Source: an uncultured Actinomycetota bacterium
GTDB lineage: Bacteria; Actinomycetota; CALGFH01
NCBI GenBank assembly: GCA_963733175.1
Contig: CAVTCL010000023.1
Span: forward strand, 1,130 to 65,129
Direction: 5' to 3'
Length of the DNA: 64,000 nt
The position numbers were made by a program, and so were the translations under genes. Under the pieces are notes generated by a model, which saw nothing but the letters and a program-made list of their open reading frames with translations, was not told the DNA's origin and searched no databases. Numbering within the stretch: the first letter of the stretch is position 1; every line of letters starts with the position of its first letter. Below are positions 19,181 through 28,856 of this stretch, piece by piece.

Positions 19181-20001
19181 AGGAACCCGGCCAGGAACCG
19201 GGTCGAGGCCGGCAGGGCCTCCTCGGGCTCGCCCCGCAGCCGGCACTCGAAGGTCAGCCAGTCGTCGTAGCCGACCGCCGCCAAGGCGTCGAACACGCTC
19301 CGGAAGTCCATGTGGCCGGCCCCGGGCTGGAGCCGGTTGGTGTCGTCGACGTGGACGTGGGCGATGCGCGGCCCGGTGGCCAGGATGGCCGCGGCCAGGT
19401 CGTCCTCCTCGATGTTCATGTGGAACAGGTCGGCGCAGACCCGGACCGAGCCCAGCCCCGTCTCCCGCTCGACCTCCTCGGCCAGCCCGGCCGCCTCTTC
19501 CAGCCGGTTGACCATGTAGTCCTCGTAGCGGTTGATCGGCTCGACGGCCAGCCACACGCCCTCGGCGGCGGCGTGCTCGGCCAGCTCCAGGAGCGCCTCC
19601 AGCAGCACCTTGCGGTCCTCGGCCGGCTGGCGGGGCGGGGTGAAGGGCGGCAGGCGCAGGCTGAACATGCCCCAGCTGGCCGGGGTCAGCACCCCGGCCC
19701 CGCCCAGCTCGGCGACGACGCTGAGCTGGGAGCGCAGCTGGGCGACGGCGTCGCGGCGCCGGTCGGGGTCGAAGTCGCCGATGAAGTGGTCGGTCTCCGG
19801 GCAGACGGTGGCCATCACCACCCCCGCCCGGGCGGCCGCCCGCAGCTCGGGCAGCCGGGCGGCGAAATGGGGCCCATCACAGATGAGGGTGTAGCGTTCG
19901 GCAGCGACACGGCAACCGGCATGATGCCGATGGCGCACTCGCGCCGGCCGGCGTGCTAGCGTCTTGGCGATCGTGATCCGTCGGCAGGAGGTGAGACCCA
20001 T
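19177..20001 (-). CDS. sugar phosphate isomerase/epimerase (xylose-isomerase-like TIM barrel), N-terminus probably replaced or truncated
   Basis: From ~19887 downwards the sequence is typical (WLAVEPINRYE, ADLFHMNIEE, HVHVDD). The ~40 codons between 19888 and ATG 20001 have low GC3 and are not TIM-barrel-like, coinciding with the start of a lower-GC island. Confidence 0.6.
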   Translation of the reverse strand: MGLTSCRRITIAKTLARRPARVRHRHHAGCRVAAERYTLICDGPHFAARLPELRAAARAGVVMATVCPETDHFIGDFDPDRRRDAVAQLRSQLSVVAELGGAGVLTPASWGMFSLRLPPFTPPRQPAEDRKVLLEALLELAEHAAAEGVWLAVEPINRYEDYMVNRLEEAAGLAEEVERETGLGSVRVCADLFHMNIEEDDLAAAILATGPRIAHVHVDDTNRLQPGAGHMDFRSVFDALAAVGYDDWLTFECRLRGEPEEALPASTRFLAGFL

Positions 20002-20208
20002 GAATGCAGTATCCGCAGTGGGTGCTCCCCTGCAGTCCACGATCGCGCGACTGAGGTAGTCGCCACCGGGAGCGCCCGCCAGGCAATTCGCGAAAGGCGA
20101 CTCCCATGAACACCACACCTTCTTCAACTCTGCACTTCACCTCGACGACGGCCTCCGACCGGCCGAGGTCCGACCAGGATCAGCCGCAGGGTCGACGCCA
20201 CAAGGCGG

Positions 20209-21103
20209 GTGCCCGCCGCGGGCGAGCGAGCGTTGGTCCTCGGTGGCGGCGGATCGGCAGGCAACGCCTGGCTGATCGGCGTCATCGCCGGCCTGTTCGA
20301 TGCCGGGTTGGATGTGACCACAGCCGACCTGACCATCGGGACGTCGGCCGGCTCGACGGCCGCGGCCCAGATAGCTGGCGCGACCCCGACCGAACTGCTT
20401 GCCGCCATCCTTTCCGCGGCACCCCAGCAACGGACCAGCCCGGTCGGATCCGACCGGAGGACGCGTTCCGATCAGGCCGGCGGCGGACCACATGGAGAGA
20501 ACGAGCAAGATCATCGCTGCCGCCGAGGATGCGGCCGATATGCGCCGCAGAATGGGCGCGGCGGCGCTCGACATGGATGCGGCGTCGGACGGTTCCGGGC
20601 AGACACGGTGGCGCGCCACCGTCGCCGCGCGGCTGCCCAGTCAGCGCTGGCCGCAACGAACGGTGCTCGTCACAGCGGTCGATGCCCATACCGGTGAACC
20701 GGTCGTGTTCGACCGCCACAGCGGAGTCGACCTGGCGGACGCCGTCGCCGCCAGCTGTGCCAGTGGCTTCGCCTACAGGATCGGCGGCAGCCGATACATC
20801 GACGGCGGCTACCGACGATCCAGCGAGAATGCCGATCTGGCAGCCGGATACGAGCGGGTGCTGGTGCTGTCACCCTTCGGCGGCAGAACACGGACGCCGG
20901 TGGAGTGGGGCATGCATCTTGCAGCACAGGTCGACGAGCTACGCGCGGGCGGTAGCAGAGTCGAAACGATCTTCCCGGACAGCGACTCTGAGCACCTGTT
21001 CGGCGCCGATGCGATGGATCTGTCGCTGCGTCAGCCCGCTGCTCGGGCTGGTTACGACCAAGGCAGAGCCCTTGCCGAGCAGCTCACCGAATTCTGGCGC
21101 TGA
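20209..21103 (+). pseudogene. patatin-like phospholipase, frame broken at ~20440-20485
   Basis: GTG start. Oxyanion LVLGGGGSAGNAW, nucleophile GTSAGS, catalytic Asp in YIDGGY. The N-part lies in ORF 20209.. and the C-part in ORF 20399..21103. Codon usage is less GC3-biased than in the neighbours. Confidence 0.8.
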
Positions 21104-22492
21104 CGCTCTCGAGATCAGTCGACTCGGTAGGTGTGACGAGACCTGCTCATGCCTCGGAGGCCGATGGGCGCGACATGTCTCCTACCTTCGTGCGCCCTGA
21201 CCTGGGCTCGTTCTGTCGTCTTGACGAACTCGGCCTGCAGGACGTGGGTCAACGACTCGAGCCCGGTCGTGCGGTGTTGGCCTGCCGGGTCGTCGAGACC
21301 GACGAGTTCGCCCGGTGGTGTCGCCGCTGCGGATCCGAGGGCTGCGCCGCGCGACAGCGGTGACCGGCGGCTGGCGCACGAGCCGCTGGGGTGGCGCCGG
21401 ACGACGTTGCTGATCACGATCCGCCGCTATCGCTGCACCGGCTGTGGGCATGTGTGGCGCCAGGACACCAGCCGGGCCGCCGAGCCGCGGGCGAAGCTGT
21501 CGCGTCGCGCGCTGCGATGGGTGCTAGAAGGCATCGTGTGTCAGCACTTGACGGTCGCTCGGGTCGCCGAGGGCCTCGGCGTGTCGTGGAACACCGCGAA
21601 CGACGCGGTGCTGGCCGAGGGCAGGCGTGTGTTGATCGAGGACCCACACCGGTTCGACGGCGTGCGCGTGATCGGCGTCGACGAGCACTGTTGGCGCCAC
21701 ACCCGCCGCGGCGGTAGGTACGTCACCGTGATCATCGACCTGACGCCGATCCGGGACGGCACCGGTCCGGCGCGGCTGCTGGATATGGTCGAGGGCCGAT
21801 CGAAGCAGGCGTTCAAGACCTGGCTCGGCGAGCGAGACAGGTCCTGGCGCGACGGCGTCGAGGTGGTTGCGATGGACGGGTTCACCGGTTTCAAGACCGC
21901 CACCAACAAGGAACTGCCCGACGCGGTCGCGGTGATGGACCCGTTCCACGCCGTGCGCCTGGCCGGCGATGCTCTGGACCAGAGACGCCGCCGCGTCCAG
22001 CAGGCCACCTGTGGGCACCGCGGCCGCAAGGACGACCCGCTCTATGCCGCGCGGCGCACCCTGCACACCGGAGACCTGCTCACCGACAAGCAACGCCAAC
22101 GGCTGACCGCGCTGTTCGCCGACGACGAGCAAGTCCAGGTCGAAGCGACCTGGGGCATCTACCAGCACATGATCGCGGCCTACCGCGAACCTGACCGGAA
22201 ACGAGGCCGCGAACTGATGCAGCAGCTCATCGGCTCGATCAGCCACAGCGTGCCCACCGCCCTACGCGAGGTGATCACCCTCGGCCGGACCCTCAAACGG
22301 CGAGCCGTCGACGTGCTGGCCTACTTCGACCGCCCCGGCACCTCCAACGGACCGACCGAGGCGATCAACGGCCGCCTCGAACACCTCCGCGGCTCAGCCC
22401 TCGGCTTCCGCAACCTCACCAACCACATCGCCAGATCGCTTCTGGAGACCGGCGGGTTCAGGCCCCGACTACACCCTCGATCATGAAGAGCC
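21104..22492 (+). mobile_element. ISL3-family insertion sequence
   Basis: Right end GGCCCCGACTACACCCTCGATCATGAAGAGCC (complement GGCTCTTCATGATCGAGGGTGTAG..., a typical ISL3 terminus). An imperfect partner CGCTCTCGAGATC...GGTAGGTGTGAC starts at ~21104. The element encloses an ISL3 transposase. Boundaries are +/-10 nt. Confidence 0.7.
21175..22486 (+). pseudogene. ISL3 family transposase, frame broken at ~21340
   Basis: N-terminus (LDELGLQDVGQRLEPGRAVLACRVV...WCRRCGSEG) lies in ORF 21133..21363. The rest (RRLAHEPLGWRRTTLLITIRRYRCTGCGHVWRQD ... GTSNGPTEAINGRLEHLRG) lies in ORF 21149..22486. Confidence 0.85.
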
Positions 22493-22496
22493 CGAA

Positions 22497-23321
22497 ATGG
22501 CCATCGCCTCGGGCCCGCACCTCGATGCCCCCGCTCCCTCGTGCTCGACGGCCCCCGCCAGCTCCGCCTGTCCGACCAGCCGGCCCGGCCCCTGCGCCCG
22601 GGCGAGATCCGGCTGCGGGCCCGGCTCAGCGGCATCAGTCACGGGACCGAGCTCAGCCTGTACCGCGGCACCTCGGCCTTCACCGACAAGGTCTTCGACC
22701 GCGGGCTGCGGGCCTTTGTCGAGCCCCCGGCCGGCAGCGCCGCCGCCTACCCGGTGACCCTGGGCTAACGAGATGGTCGCCGAGGTGCTCGAGGTCGCCC
22801 CCGACGTGACCGAGGTCGCGGTCGGGGACCTGGTCCACACCGGCACTCCCCACCAGGAGGAGACGGTGCTCGACCTGGCCTCCTCCCTGGGGGCCACCTA
22901 CCCGCTGGTGCGGCTGCCGACCACCGAGCGGCCCGAGCGGGCCCTGTTCATCAGCTGGCCGCGGTCGCCCTCCAGGCCGTCCACGACGCCGAGATGAAGC
23001 TGGGGGACGCGCGTGTTCGCCATCGACCCCGACCCGGACAGGCGCAGGCAGGCCGCCGGGCTGGGGGCGACGGTGGTGGCGGCCGGCTTCTACCAGGGCG
23101 GCGCCGGCAACGTGCGCCTGGGCGAGGAGTTCCACCACAACCGGCTGTCGCTGATCGCCTCCATCGCGCCTGCCCCCCTTCGACCAGGCGCCGGCCGCCT
23201 ACCGCTGGATCGACGAGCACCCCCGGGCCGCGGTCAAGGTCGCCCTCACCTACTGGCCGCTCGCGCCAGGGTTAGCCGCCGCCGCCCGCTCTTGCCACAA
23301 TGATGGGACTCGCGCTGGTTG
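22497..23321 (+). pseudogene. remnant of a zinc-type MDR alcohol/polyol dehydrogenase (several frame breaks and internal deletions)
   Basis: Fragments GISHGTELSLYRG, PVTLG*YEMVAEVLEV..VAVGDLV, ALFIS..., FAIDPDPDRRRQAAGLGATVV and YRWIDEHPRAAVKVALTY are scattered over three frames. The GxGxxG Rossmann segment is missing. Confidence 0.6.
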
Positions 23322-24311
23322 ATCGATCATCTCGGGGGTGATGTGGTGGCGGCCCCGGCGGATCGCATCCTGGCATGGGCCGCGCGCCGCCCCCAGCGGG
23401 TCTTCGGCTACAACCCCTGGCAGCTCGGGGCGCACGTGCTCCACACCGCGCTGCGCCACCGGGTCACCGGCCCGGCCGCCGAGATGTCCTTCTTCGCCAT
23501 GCTGACCCTGGTCCCGCTGACCGTGGCCGTCGGGGCCGCCCTCGGCCAGATCCAGCGGTTCGTCGGCCCGGAGAAGATCGCCAGGGGCCAGGACGCCGCC
23601 ATCTCGCTGGTCCGGGTCGTGATCAGCCCCCAGCTGACCGACGGGGTGGTCGACCCGTTCGTCCGGGCCCAGCTCAGCCAGCCGCAGCGGGGGAGTGCGG
23701 CCATCGGCGGCCTCCTGCTCACCTGGTGGCTGGCCGGCCGCCTGTTCGCCGCCACCAGCCGCGCCCTCGACACCGCCTACCACGACCAGCACCAGCGCCT
23801 GTCGGCCGCCCAGCGGCTGATCGCGCTCGGCTTCGCCTTCGGGTCGGTGGTGGTCGTGGTCCTGACCCTCGGGATCATGGTCGACGCGCCGTTCATGGAC
23901 GAGAACCAGGCCGTCGAGGTCGGGGTCAGCCGGGCCCTGGTGACCGCCTGGTACGTCGCCCGCTGGCCGGTGGTCCTGGCCGTCCTGGTCGTCTTCCTGC
24001 TCTGCCTGTACCGCTTCGCCCCCAGCGTCAAGCACGCCTGGCGCCACCTGCTCCCCGGCGCCGTCCTCGGCGTGGCGCTGTGGATCCTGGCCGCCGTCGC
24101 CTTCCGGATCTACCTGGCCCTCGGCAGCGGCGCCCCCACCGGGGTGGTGGTCAGCAACGCCGAGGTGGTCCTCATCGGCCGGGCCGTCGGGGCGGTGGTC
24201 GCGACCGTCCTGTGGACCTACTTCTCCAGCGTGGCCATCCTGGTCGGCAACGAGCTGAACGCCGAGCTGGCCCGCATGCGCGGCCCCGATGCCGTAGGGC
24301 AGGTGTCGTAG
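23319..24311 (+). CDS. YihY/BrkB family membrane protein
   Basis: 330-aa polytopic ORF with family pattern (AEMSFFAMLTLVPL..., YRFAPSVKHAWRHLLPGA, ILVGNELNAEL). Confidence 0.8.
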   Translation: MIDHLGGDVVAAPADRILAWAARRPQRVFGYNPWQLGAHVLHTALRHRVTGPAAEMSFFAMLTLVPLTVAVGAALGQIQRFVGPEKIARGQDAAISLVRVVISPQLTDGVVDPFVRAQLSQPQRGSAAIGGLLLTWWLAGRLFAATSRALDTAYHDQHQRLSAAQRLIALGFAFGSVVVVVLTLGIMVDAPFMDENQAVEVGVSRALVTAWYVARWPVVLAVLVVFLLCLYRFAPSVKHAWRHLLPGAVLGVALWILAAVAFRIYLALGSGAPTGVVVSNAEVVLIGRAVGAVVATVLWTYFSSVAILVGNELNAELARMRGPDAVGQVS

Positions 24312-24324
24312 GCTCAGTTGCGCA

Positions 24325-27126
24325 GTGTGCAGTAGGGCCCGATCTGTACGACATGCCAACATTTGCCGCTCGGCCCCGGCCGCCGCCGGCGACCCTGCCC
24401 CGGAGCGCCTGGGGCCGTCGACTGGCAGCTACTACAACCCGGTCGCGCCGCAGCTGGAGCGCACCGGCAACCAGCAGGAACGGCTCGGCAAGCTGGACCG
24501 CGCCGCCAACCGCGCCAGGCTCGCCCCCAGCGCCAAGGTCGTCGCCCGGGCCAACGCCTTCGACCGCAAGCACTCGGCCGGCAACCCGGCGGCGGCCGAG
24601 GTGCTCGGCGCGCTGGAGGCCAGGTCGGCCAAGAGTGGCAAGAGCCCGCGGGCCTTCAAGAAGGCCCCGAGCACCCAGACCGCCAAGCTGCTCACCGTCC
24701 TGGTCGAGTTCAATCCCGACGCCAACGACAACTTCTCCGGCTTCGAGCGCCCGGCCTTCGTGGGCGCCGCGGAGTGCGTCACCGAACCGGCGGGGACGTT
24801 GCTGGGCGGGCCGCTCCACAACAACATGCCCAACCCGGCAACGGCCGGCCGTGGCACCGACAACAACAACTTCTGGGTGCCGGACTTCAGCCCCAGCCAC
24901 TACAACAAGCTCATCTACACCACCTCCGGCCTGACCCAGCGGGTTCGGCCCGACCTGACCGGCCCCGACGGCCGGCCGGGCGTCGACCTGCGCGGCTACA
25001 CCGTCAAGAACCACTACCGGGAGATGAGCAAGGGCGCCTACGACATCACCGGCGAGATCGCCGGCTGGGTCCAGGTCCCCCACTCCGAGGCCTACTACGG
25101 CGCCAGCCGCTGCGGCCAGCCGCCCCAGGACAACGCCGGCCACCCCGACAACCCCCGCCAGGTCGGCCAGCTGGTGGTGGACGCGGTCGACGCCATCGCC
25201 GCCAGCGACCCCGACTTCCCCTGGGCGGACTACGACGTCGAGGACCAGGGCGACGCCGACGGCGACGGCAACCTGTTCGAGGCCGACGGGGTCGTCGACC
25301 ACTTCGTGATCATCCACGCCGGCGCCGACAAGGCGGGCAACGGCGGCGCCGAGGGCACCTACGCGATCTGGTCGCACGCCAGCAACGTCGACCCGGCCGC
25401 CGGCGGCTACCCCGTCCCCGGCGCCGGCGTGCGCGTCAGCAACTACATCATGCAGGCCGAGGACGCCGGCGCCGGGGTCATCTCCCACGAGTACGGCCAC
25501 GACCTGGGGCTGCCCGACCTGTACGACACCAGCGGCGCCGCCGAGTCCGACGTCGACTTCTGGGACCTGATGGCGTCCGGGTCGCACACCGGCCCGTTGT
25601 TCCAGACCATCCCGGTCCACATGGGCCTGTGGGACAAGTACGTCCTCGGCTGGGTCGACCCGGAGACCTTCGGGATCGGCTCCTCGGGCCGCGACGTCAA
25701 GGTCGGCCAGACCTCGCGCACCCCCAAGGGGACCGAGGACGGCGTCCGGGTGAACCTGCCCGACAAGAGCGTCACCCTGGCCGAGCCGCACGGCGGCGAG
25801 AACATGTGGTACTCGAACAACGACCAGCCCTGGGCCGACGTCAAGATCTCGCGCACCCTCGAGGTGCCCGCCGGTGGCGACGTCCGCTTCTGGGCCTGGA
25901 ACAACTACACCATCGAGGAGCTGTGGGACTACGGCTTCATCGAGGTCTCGACCGACGGCGGGACCACCTGGACCCAGCTCGAGGTGCGTGACGAGGCCAA
26001 CAACGTGGTCTCGACCAACGAGGACCCCAACGGCAACCTGGTCGACTACGGCGGCCTCGAGAACGGGCTCACCGGCACCACCGGGGGCGAGTGGCGTCAC
26101 GACTGGGTCAACCTGACCCCGTACGCCGGCACCACCATCGGCCTGCGGGTGCGGTACGCCACCGACGCCGCCTTCGAGGAGCCGGGCTGGTTCGCCGACG
26201 ACTTCGAGGTCACCGCCGACGGGGCCTCGGTCTTCACCGACGACGTCGAGAGCGGCGCCAACGGCTGGACGGCAGAGCAGGGCACCTTCACCGACACCAC
26301 CGGCGCCGGCTGGATCATGACCAGCGGCACCTTCGTCTACCAGCACTACTACCTGGCCGAGTGGCGCAACTACGACGGCTTCGACGAGGGCCTGCGCTAC
26401 GCCTACGACACCACCTACCTGAACGGCGAGTTCGCGGACGAGTGGCGGGTCACCCGCACCCCCTACAACGCCCCGGGCATGCTGGTCTGGTACCGCAACG
26501 CCCAGTACACCGTGAACCACGTGACCACCCCGATCTTCGCGCCGCCCAGCACCGGCTCCAAGGGCCAGCTGCTGATCGTGGACAGCCACTTCGACCCGTT
26601 GCGGCGCTCCGGCGAGGCGGCCGCCCACGACCCGTCGGTGCTCAAGAACCTCCCGTCGCGGGCCCAGTCCTCCAACGCGGCCTTCGCCAAGCGCGACACC
26701 CGCCAGTTCCGCGAGTGCATCGAGGACCCGGTGGGCTCGTACACCACCTACTGCAACGTCCACGCCCCCCAGGCCGGCGTGCCCCACTTCACCGACGCCA
26801 AGGGCTGGTACCCGGGGCTGGAGCTGCGCGGCGAGGACCTGTTCTTCCGCGATGCCGACGCCTCGGTGGTGGTGCCCTCCAGGGACCACCGGCGCTACAG
26901 CACCCGGATCGTCGACGAGAACGGGAACCCGCTGACCGACCTGTACGGCATCGACCTTGGTGACGGGATCATCCTCGGCACCGGCAACCCGGCCGACGGC
27001 AACCCGCTCGACACGCCGGTCGAGGACCTCTCGCTCGGTGTCGAGTTCACGGTCCGCCGGGTGGCCGGCAACAACCGCTGGGTGGTGATCGGGGTCAACG
27101 CCGCCGACGCCGACAACGCCCCCTAG
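24325..27126 (+). CDS. M6-family (immune inhibitor A-like) metalloprotease
   Basis: 933-aa ORF with zinc motif HEYGHDLGLPDLYD and InhA-like flanks. No recognisable signal peptide at the only available N-terminus. Confidence 0.85.
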   Translation: MCSRARSVRHANICRSAPAAAGDPAPERLGPSTGSYYNPVAPQLERTGNQQERLGKLDRAANRARLAPSAKVVARANAFDRKHSAGNPAAAEVLGALEARSAKSGKSPRAFKKAPSTQTAKLLTVLVEFNPDANDNFSGFERPAFVGAAECVTEPAGTLLGGPLHNNMPNPATAGRGTDNNNFWVPDFSPSHYNKLIYTTSGLTQRVRPDLTGPDGRPGVDLRGYTVKNHYREMSKGAYDITGEIAGWVQVPHSEAYYGASRCGQPPQDNAGHPDNPRQVGQLVVDAVDAIAASDPDFPWADYDVEDQGDADGDGNLFEADGVVDHFVIIHAGADKAGNGGAEGTYAIWSHASNVDPAAGGYPVPGAGVRVSNYIMQAEDAGAGVISHEYGHDLGLPDLYDTSGAAESDVDFWDLMASGSHTGPLFQTIPVHMGLWDKYVLGWVDPETFGIGSSGRDVKVGQTSRTPKGTEDGVRVNLPDKSVTLAEPHGGENMWYSNNDQPWADVKISRTLEVPAGGDVRFWAWNNYTIEELWDYGFIEVSTDGGTTWTQLEVRDEANNVVSTNEDPNGNLVDYGGLENGLTGTTGGEWRHDWVNLTPYAGTTIGLRVRYATDAAFEEPGWFADDFEVTADGASVFTDDVESGANGWTAEQGTFTDTTGAGWIMTSGTFVYQHYYLAEWRNYDGFDEGLRYAYDTTYLNGEFADEWRVTRTPYNAPGMLVWYRNAQYTVNHVTTPIFAPPSTGSKGQLLIVDSHFDPLRRSGEAAAHDPSVLKNLPSRAQSSNAAFAKRDTRQFRECIEDPVGSYTTYCNVHAPQAGVPHFTDAKGWYPGLELRGEDLFFRDADASVVVPSRDHRRYSTRIVDENGNPLTDLYGIDLGDGIILGTGNPADGNPLDTPVEDLSLGVEFTVRRVAGNNRWVVIGVNAADADNAP

Positions 27127-27142
27127 CCCATACCCGAACGAG

Positions 27143-27175
27143 CCGAGGCCCGCCGGTCCGCCCGGCGGGCCTCGG
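27143..27175. terminator. bidirectional stem-loop between convergent genes
   Basis: CCGAGGCCCGCCGG-tccgc-CCGGCGGGCCTCGG is a perfect 14-bp stem located between the protease stop (27126) and the ligase stop (27202). Confidence 0.6.
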
Positions 27176-27201
27176 TGCGTCCCCGGACCAGGTTCCCGTG
27201 G

Positions 27202-28770
27202 TCAGTACACGGTCTGGCGCTCCTGGTCGGCCAGGGCCCGGCGCAGCAGCTTGCCCGATGGCGTCCTGGGGATGGCGTCGGCGAAGCGGACGGCGCGGAC
27301 CCGCTTGTGCGGCTCCACCCGCTCGGCCACCCAGGCGAGCAGCTCGTCGGGGTCGGGGTCGGCGCCGGGCCGGGGGACGACCACCGCCACCGGGACCTCG
27401 CCGCTGGCCGGGTCGGGGCGGCGCAGGACGGCGGCGTCGGCGACCGCCGGGTGGGTGGCCAGCAGGGCTTCCAGCTCGGCCGGGGCGACCTGGTAGCCGC
27501 TGACCTTGATCAGCTCCTTGAGCCGGTCGACGATGACCACGTTGCCCTCGCCGTCGACCAGGCCGAGGTCGCCGGTGCGCAGCCAGCCGTCCGGGTCGAC
27601 CATGGCCGCGGTGGCCTCGGGCCGGTGCAGGTAGCCGGCCATCACCTGGGGCCCCCTGGCCAGCAGCTCGCCCGGCTGGCCGGCGGCCAGGTCGCGGCCG
27701 GTGCCGGGGTCGACCACCCGCAGCTCGGTGTTGGGCATGACCCGGCCGACGGTGCCCGGGACGCTGCCGGCGTCCCGGTCGGGCATGCTCAGCCCGACGG
27801 TCGTCTCGGTCAGCCCCCAGGCCTGGCCGACGGTCGCCCCGGGCAGCCGGGCCGACAGCGCCCGCTGGGCGTCGGCGGTGAGCGGCGCCCCGCCGCACAC
27901 CAGCAGCTCCAGCGAGCCGAGGTCGGCCCCGGCGGCCAGCGGGTGGCGGAGCAGGACCTGGAACATCGGCGGGGCGCCGACCAGGACGGTGACCCGGTGC
28001 CGCTGGAGCAGCTCCAGGAACCGCCCGGGGTCGAAGCGGGGCATGGTGACCACGGTCGCGCCCGAGGACAGCGGGACGGCCAGGGTGACCAGGAACCCCA
28101 TGATGTGGGAGAAGGGCGGCACCGCCAGCAGGGTGTCGCGCTCGCCGACCCGCAGCCCGCTGCCGACCTGGCGGACCGAGGTGACCAGGTTGGCGTGGGT
28201 CAGCAGCACCCCCTTGGGCAGCCCGGTGGTGCCGCTGGAGTAGGGGAGCAGGCCGACCGCGGTGGCCGGGTCGAGCCCGGGATCGGGGGGCGGGGCTCCG
28301 GTAGCCAGCAGGTCGAGGATGGGGGTGGCGCCGTCGGCCTCGCCGAGGACGACCACCTCGCCCGCGCCGGCCGTTGCCGCGGCCGCGCGGGCCGCCGGGA
28401 CCAGCTGGGGGACCGTCACCAGGACCGAGGCGCCGGCGTCGGCGAGCTGGGCGGCCAGCTCCCGCTCGGTGCAGGCCGGGCTGGCGCCGGTCACGGTCCC
28501 GCCGGCGGCCATGGCGCCCAGCGCCACCCCGGCCCACTGGGGCAGGTTCGGCGCCCACAGCGCCAGCACGTCCCCGGGGCCGAAGCCCCGCGCGGCCAGC
28601 CCGGCCGCCACCCCCTGGACCCGCTCGGCCAGCAGCCGGTAGCTGACCGTCATCCCCGAGGGGCCGTCCACCAGGGCGGGCTTGTCCCCGAACCGGGCCG
28701 CGGCCTCCAGGACCATCCGGTGGAGGGTCGTGGCCCCGACCTCGACCGGAGCGTACGGGCTCGTCCACAT
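27202..28770 (-). CDS. AMP-dependent acyl-CoA synthetase / 4-coumarate-CoA-ligase-like enzyme
   Basis: AMP motif LPYSSGTTGLPKGV, TGDLG, SGKLLRR. ATG 28770 (MWTSPY...) preceded by GGGAGG is preferred over the tracked start at 28821. Confidence 0.85.
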   Translation of the reverse strand: MWTSPYAPVEVGATTLHRMVLEAAARFGDKPALVDGPSGMTVSYRLLAERVQGVAAGLAARGFGPGDVLALWAPNLPQWAGVALGAMAAGGTVTGASPACTERELAAQLADAGASVLVTVPQLVPAARAAAATAGAGEVVVLGEADGATPILDLLATGAPPPDPGLDPATAVGLLPYSSGTTGLPKGVLLTHANLVTSVRQVGSGLRVGERDTLLAVPPFSHIMGFLVTLAVPLSSGATVVTMPRFDPGRFLELLQRHRVTVLVGAPPMFQVLLRHPLAAGADLGSLELLVCGGAPLTADAQRALSARLPGATVGQAWGLTETTVGLSMPDRDAGSVPGTVGRVMPNTELRVVDPGTGRDLAAGQPGELLARGPQVMAGYLHRPEATAAMVDPDGWLRTGDLGLVDGEGNVVIVDRLKELIKVSGYQVAPAELEALLATHPAVADAAVLRRPDPASGEVPVAVVVPRPGADPDPDELLAWVAERVEPHKRVRAVRFADAIPRTPSGKLLRRALADQERQTVY

Positions 28771-28794
28771 CTTCCCGACCTCCCAGGATCGTAG

Positions 28795-28835
28795 TTTGAC
28801 ACGTGTAAAGTAGGCTGTCATTTGACACGTGTCAA
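28795..28835. promoter_or_regulatory. two copies of a TTGACACGTGT(C/A)AA palindrome, putative TetR operators
   Basis: TTTGACACGTGTAAA (28795-28809) and TTTGACACGTGTCAA (28821-28835) lie in the 86-bp divergent region. The core TTGACACGTGTCAA is a perfect 14-bp palindrome. Confidence 0.6.
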
Positions 28836-28856
28836 TAGCTCGGGCAGGCTGGTGGC

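Noticed and set aside
16907-19555. 882-aa minus-strand ORF
   Set aside because: Shadow ORF opposite gldA and the Gfo/Idh/MocA gene. No protein-like motifs.
20106-21200. 364-aa plus-strand ORF spanning the patatin locus
   Set aside because: It is Arg/Ser/Thr-rich nonsense. The patatin motifs (GGGGSAG, GTSAG, DGG) are in the other two frames.
21330-21350. Programmed ribosomal frameshift in the ISL3 transposase
   Set aside because: ISL3 transposases are normally single ORFs. No slippery heptamer or downstream structure is visible at the break. It is more likely a simple indel.
24172-26889. 905-aa minus-strand ORF
   Set aside because: Shadow ORF opposite the InhA-like protease, which carries an unambiguous HEYGHDLGLPDLYD zinc site on the plus strand.
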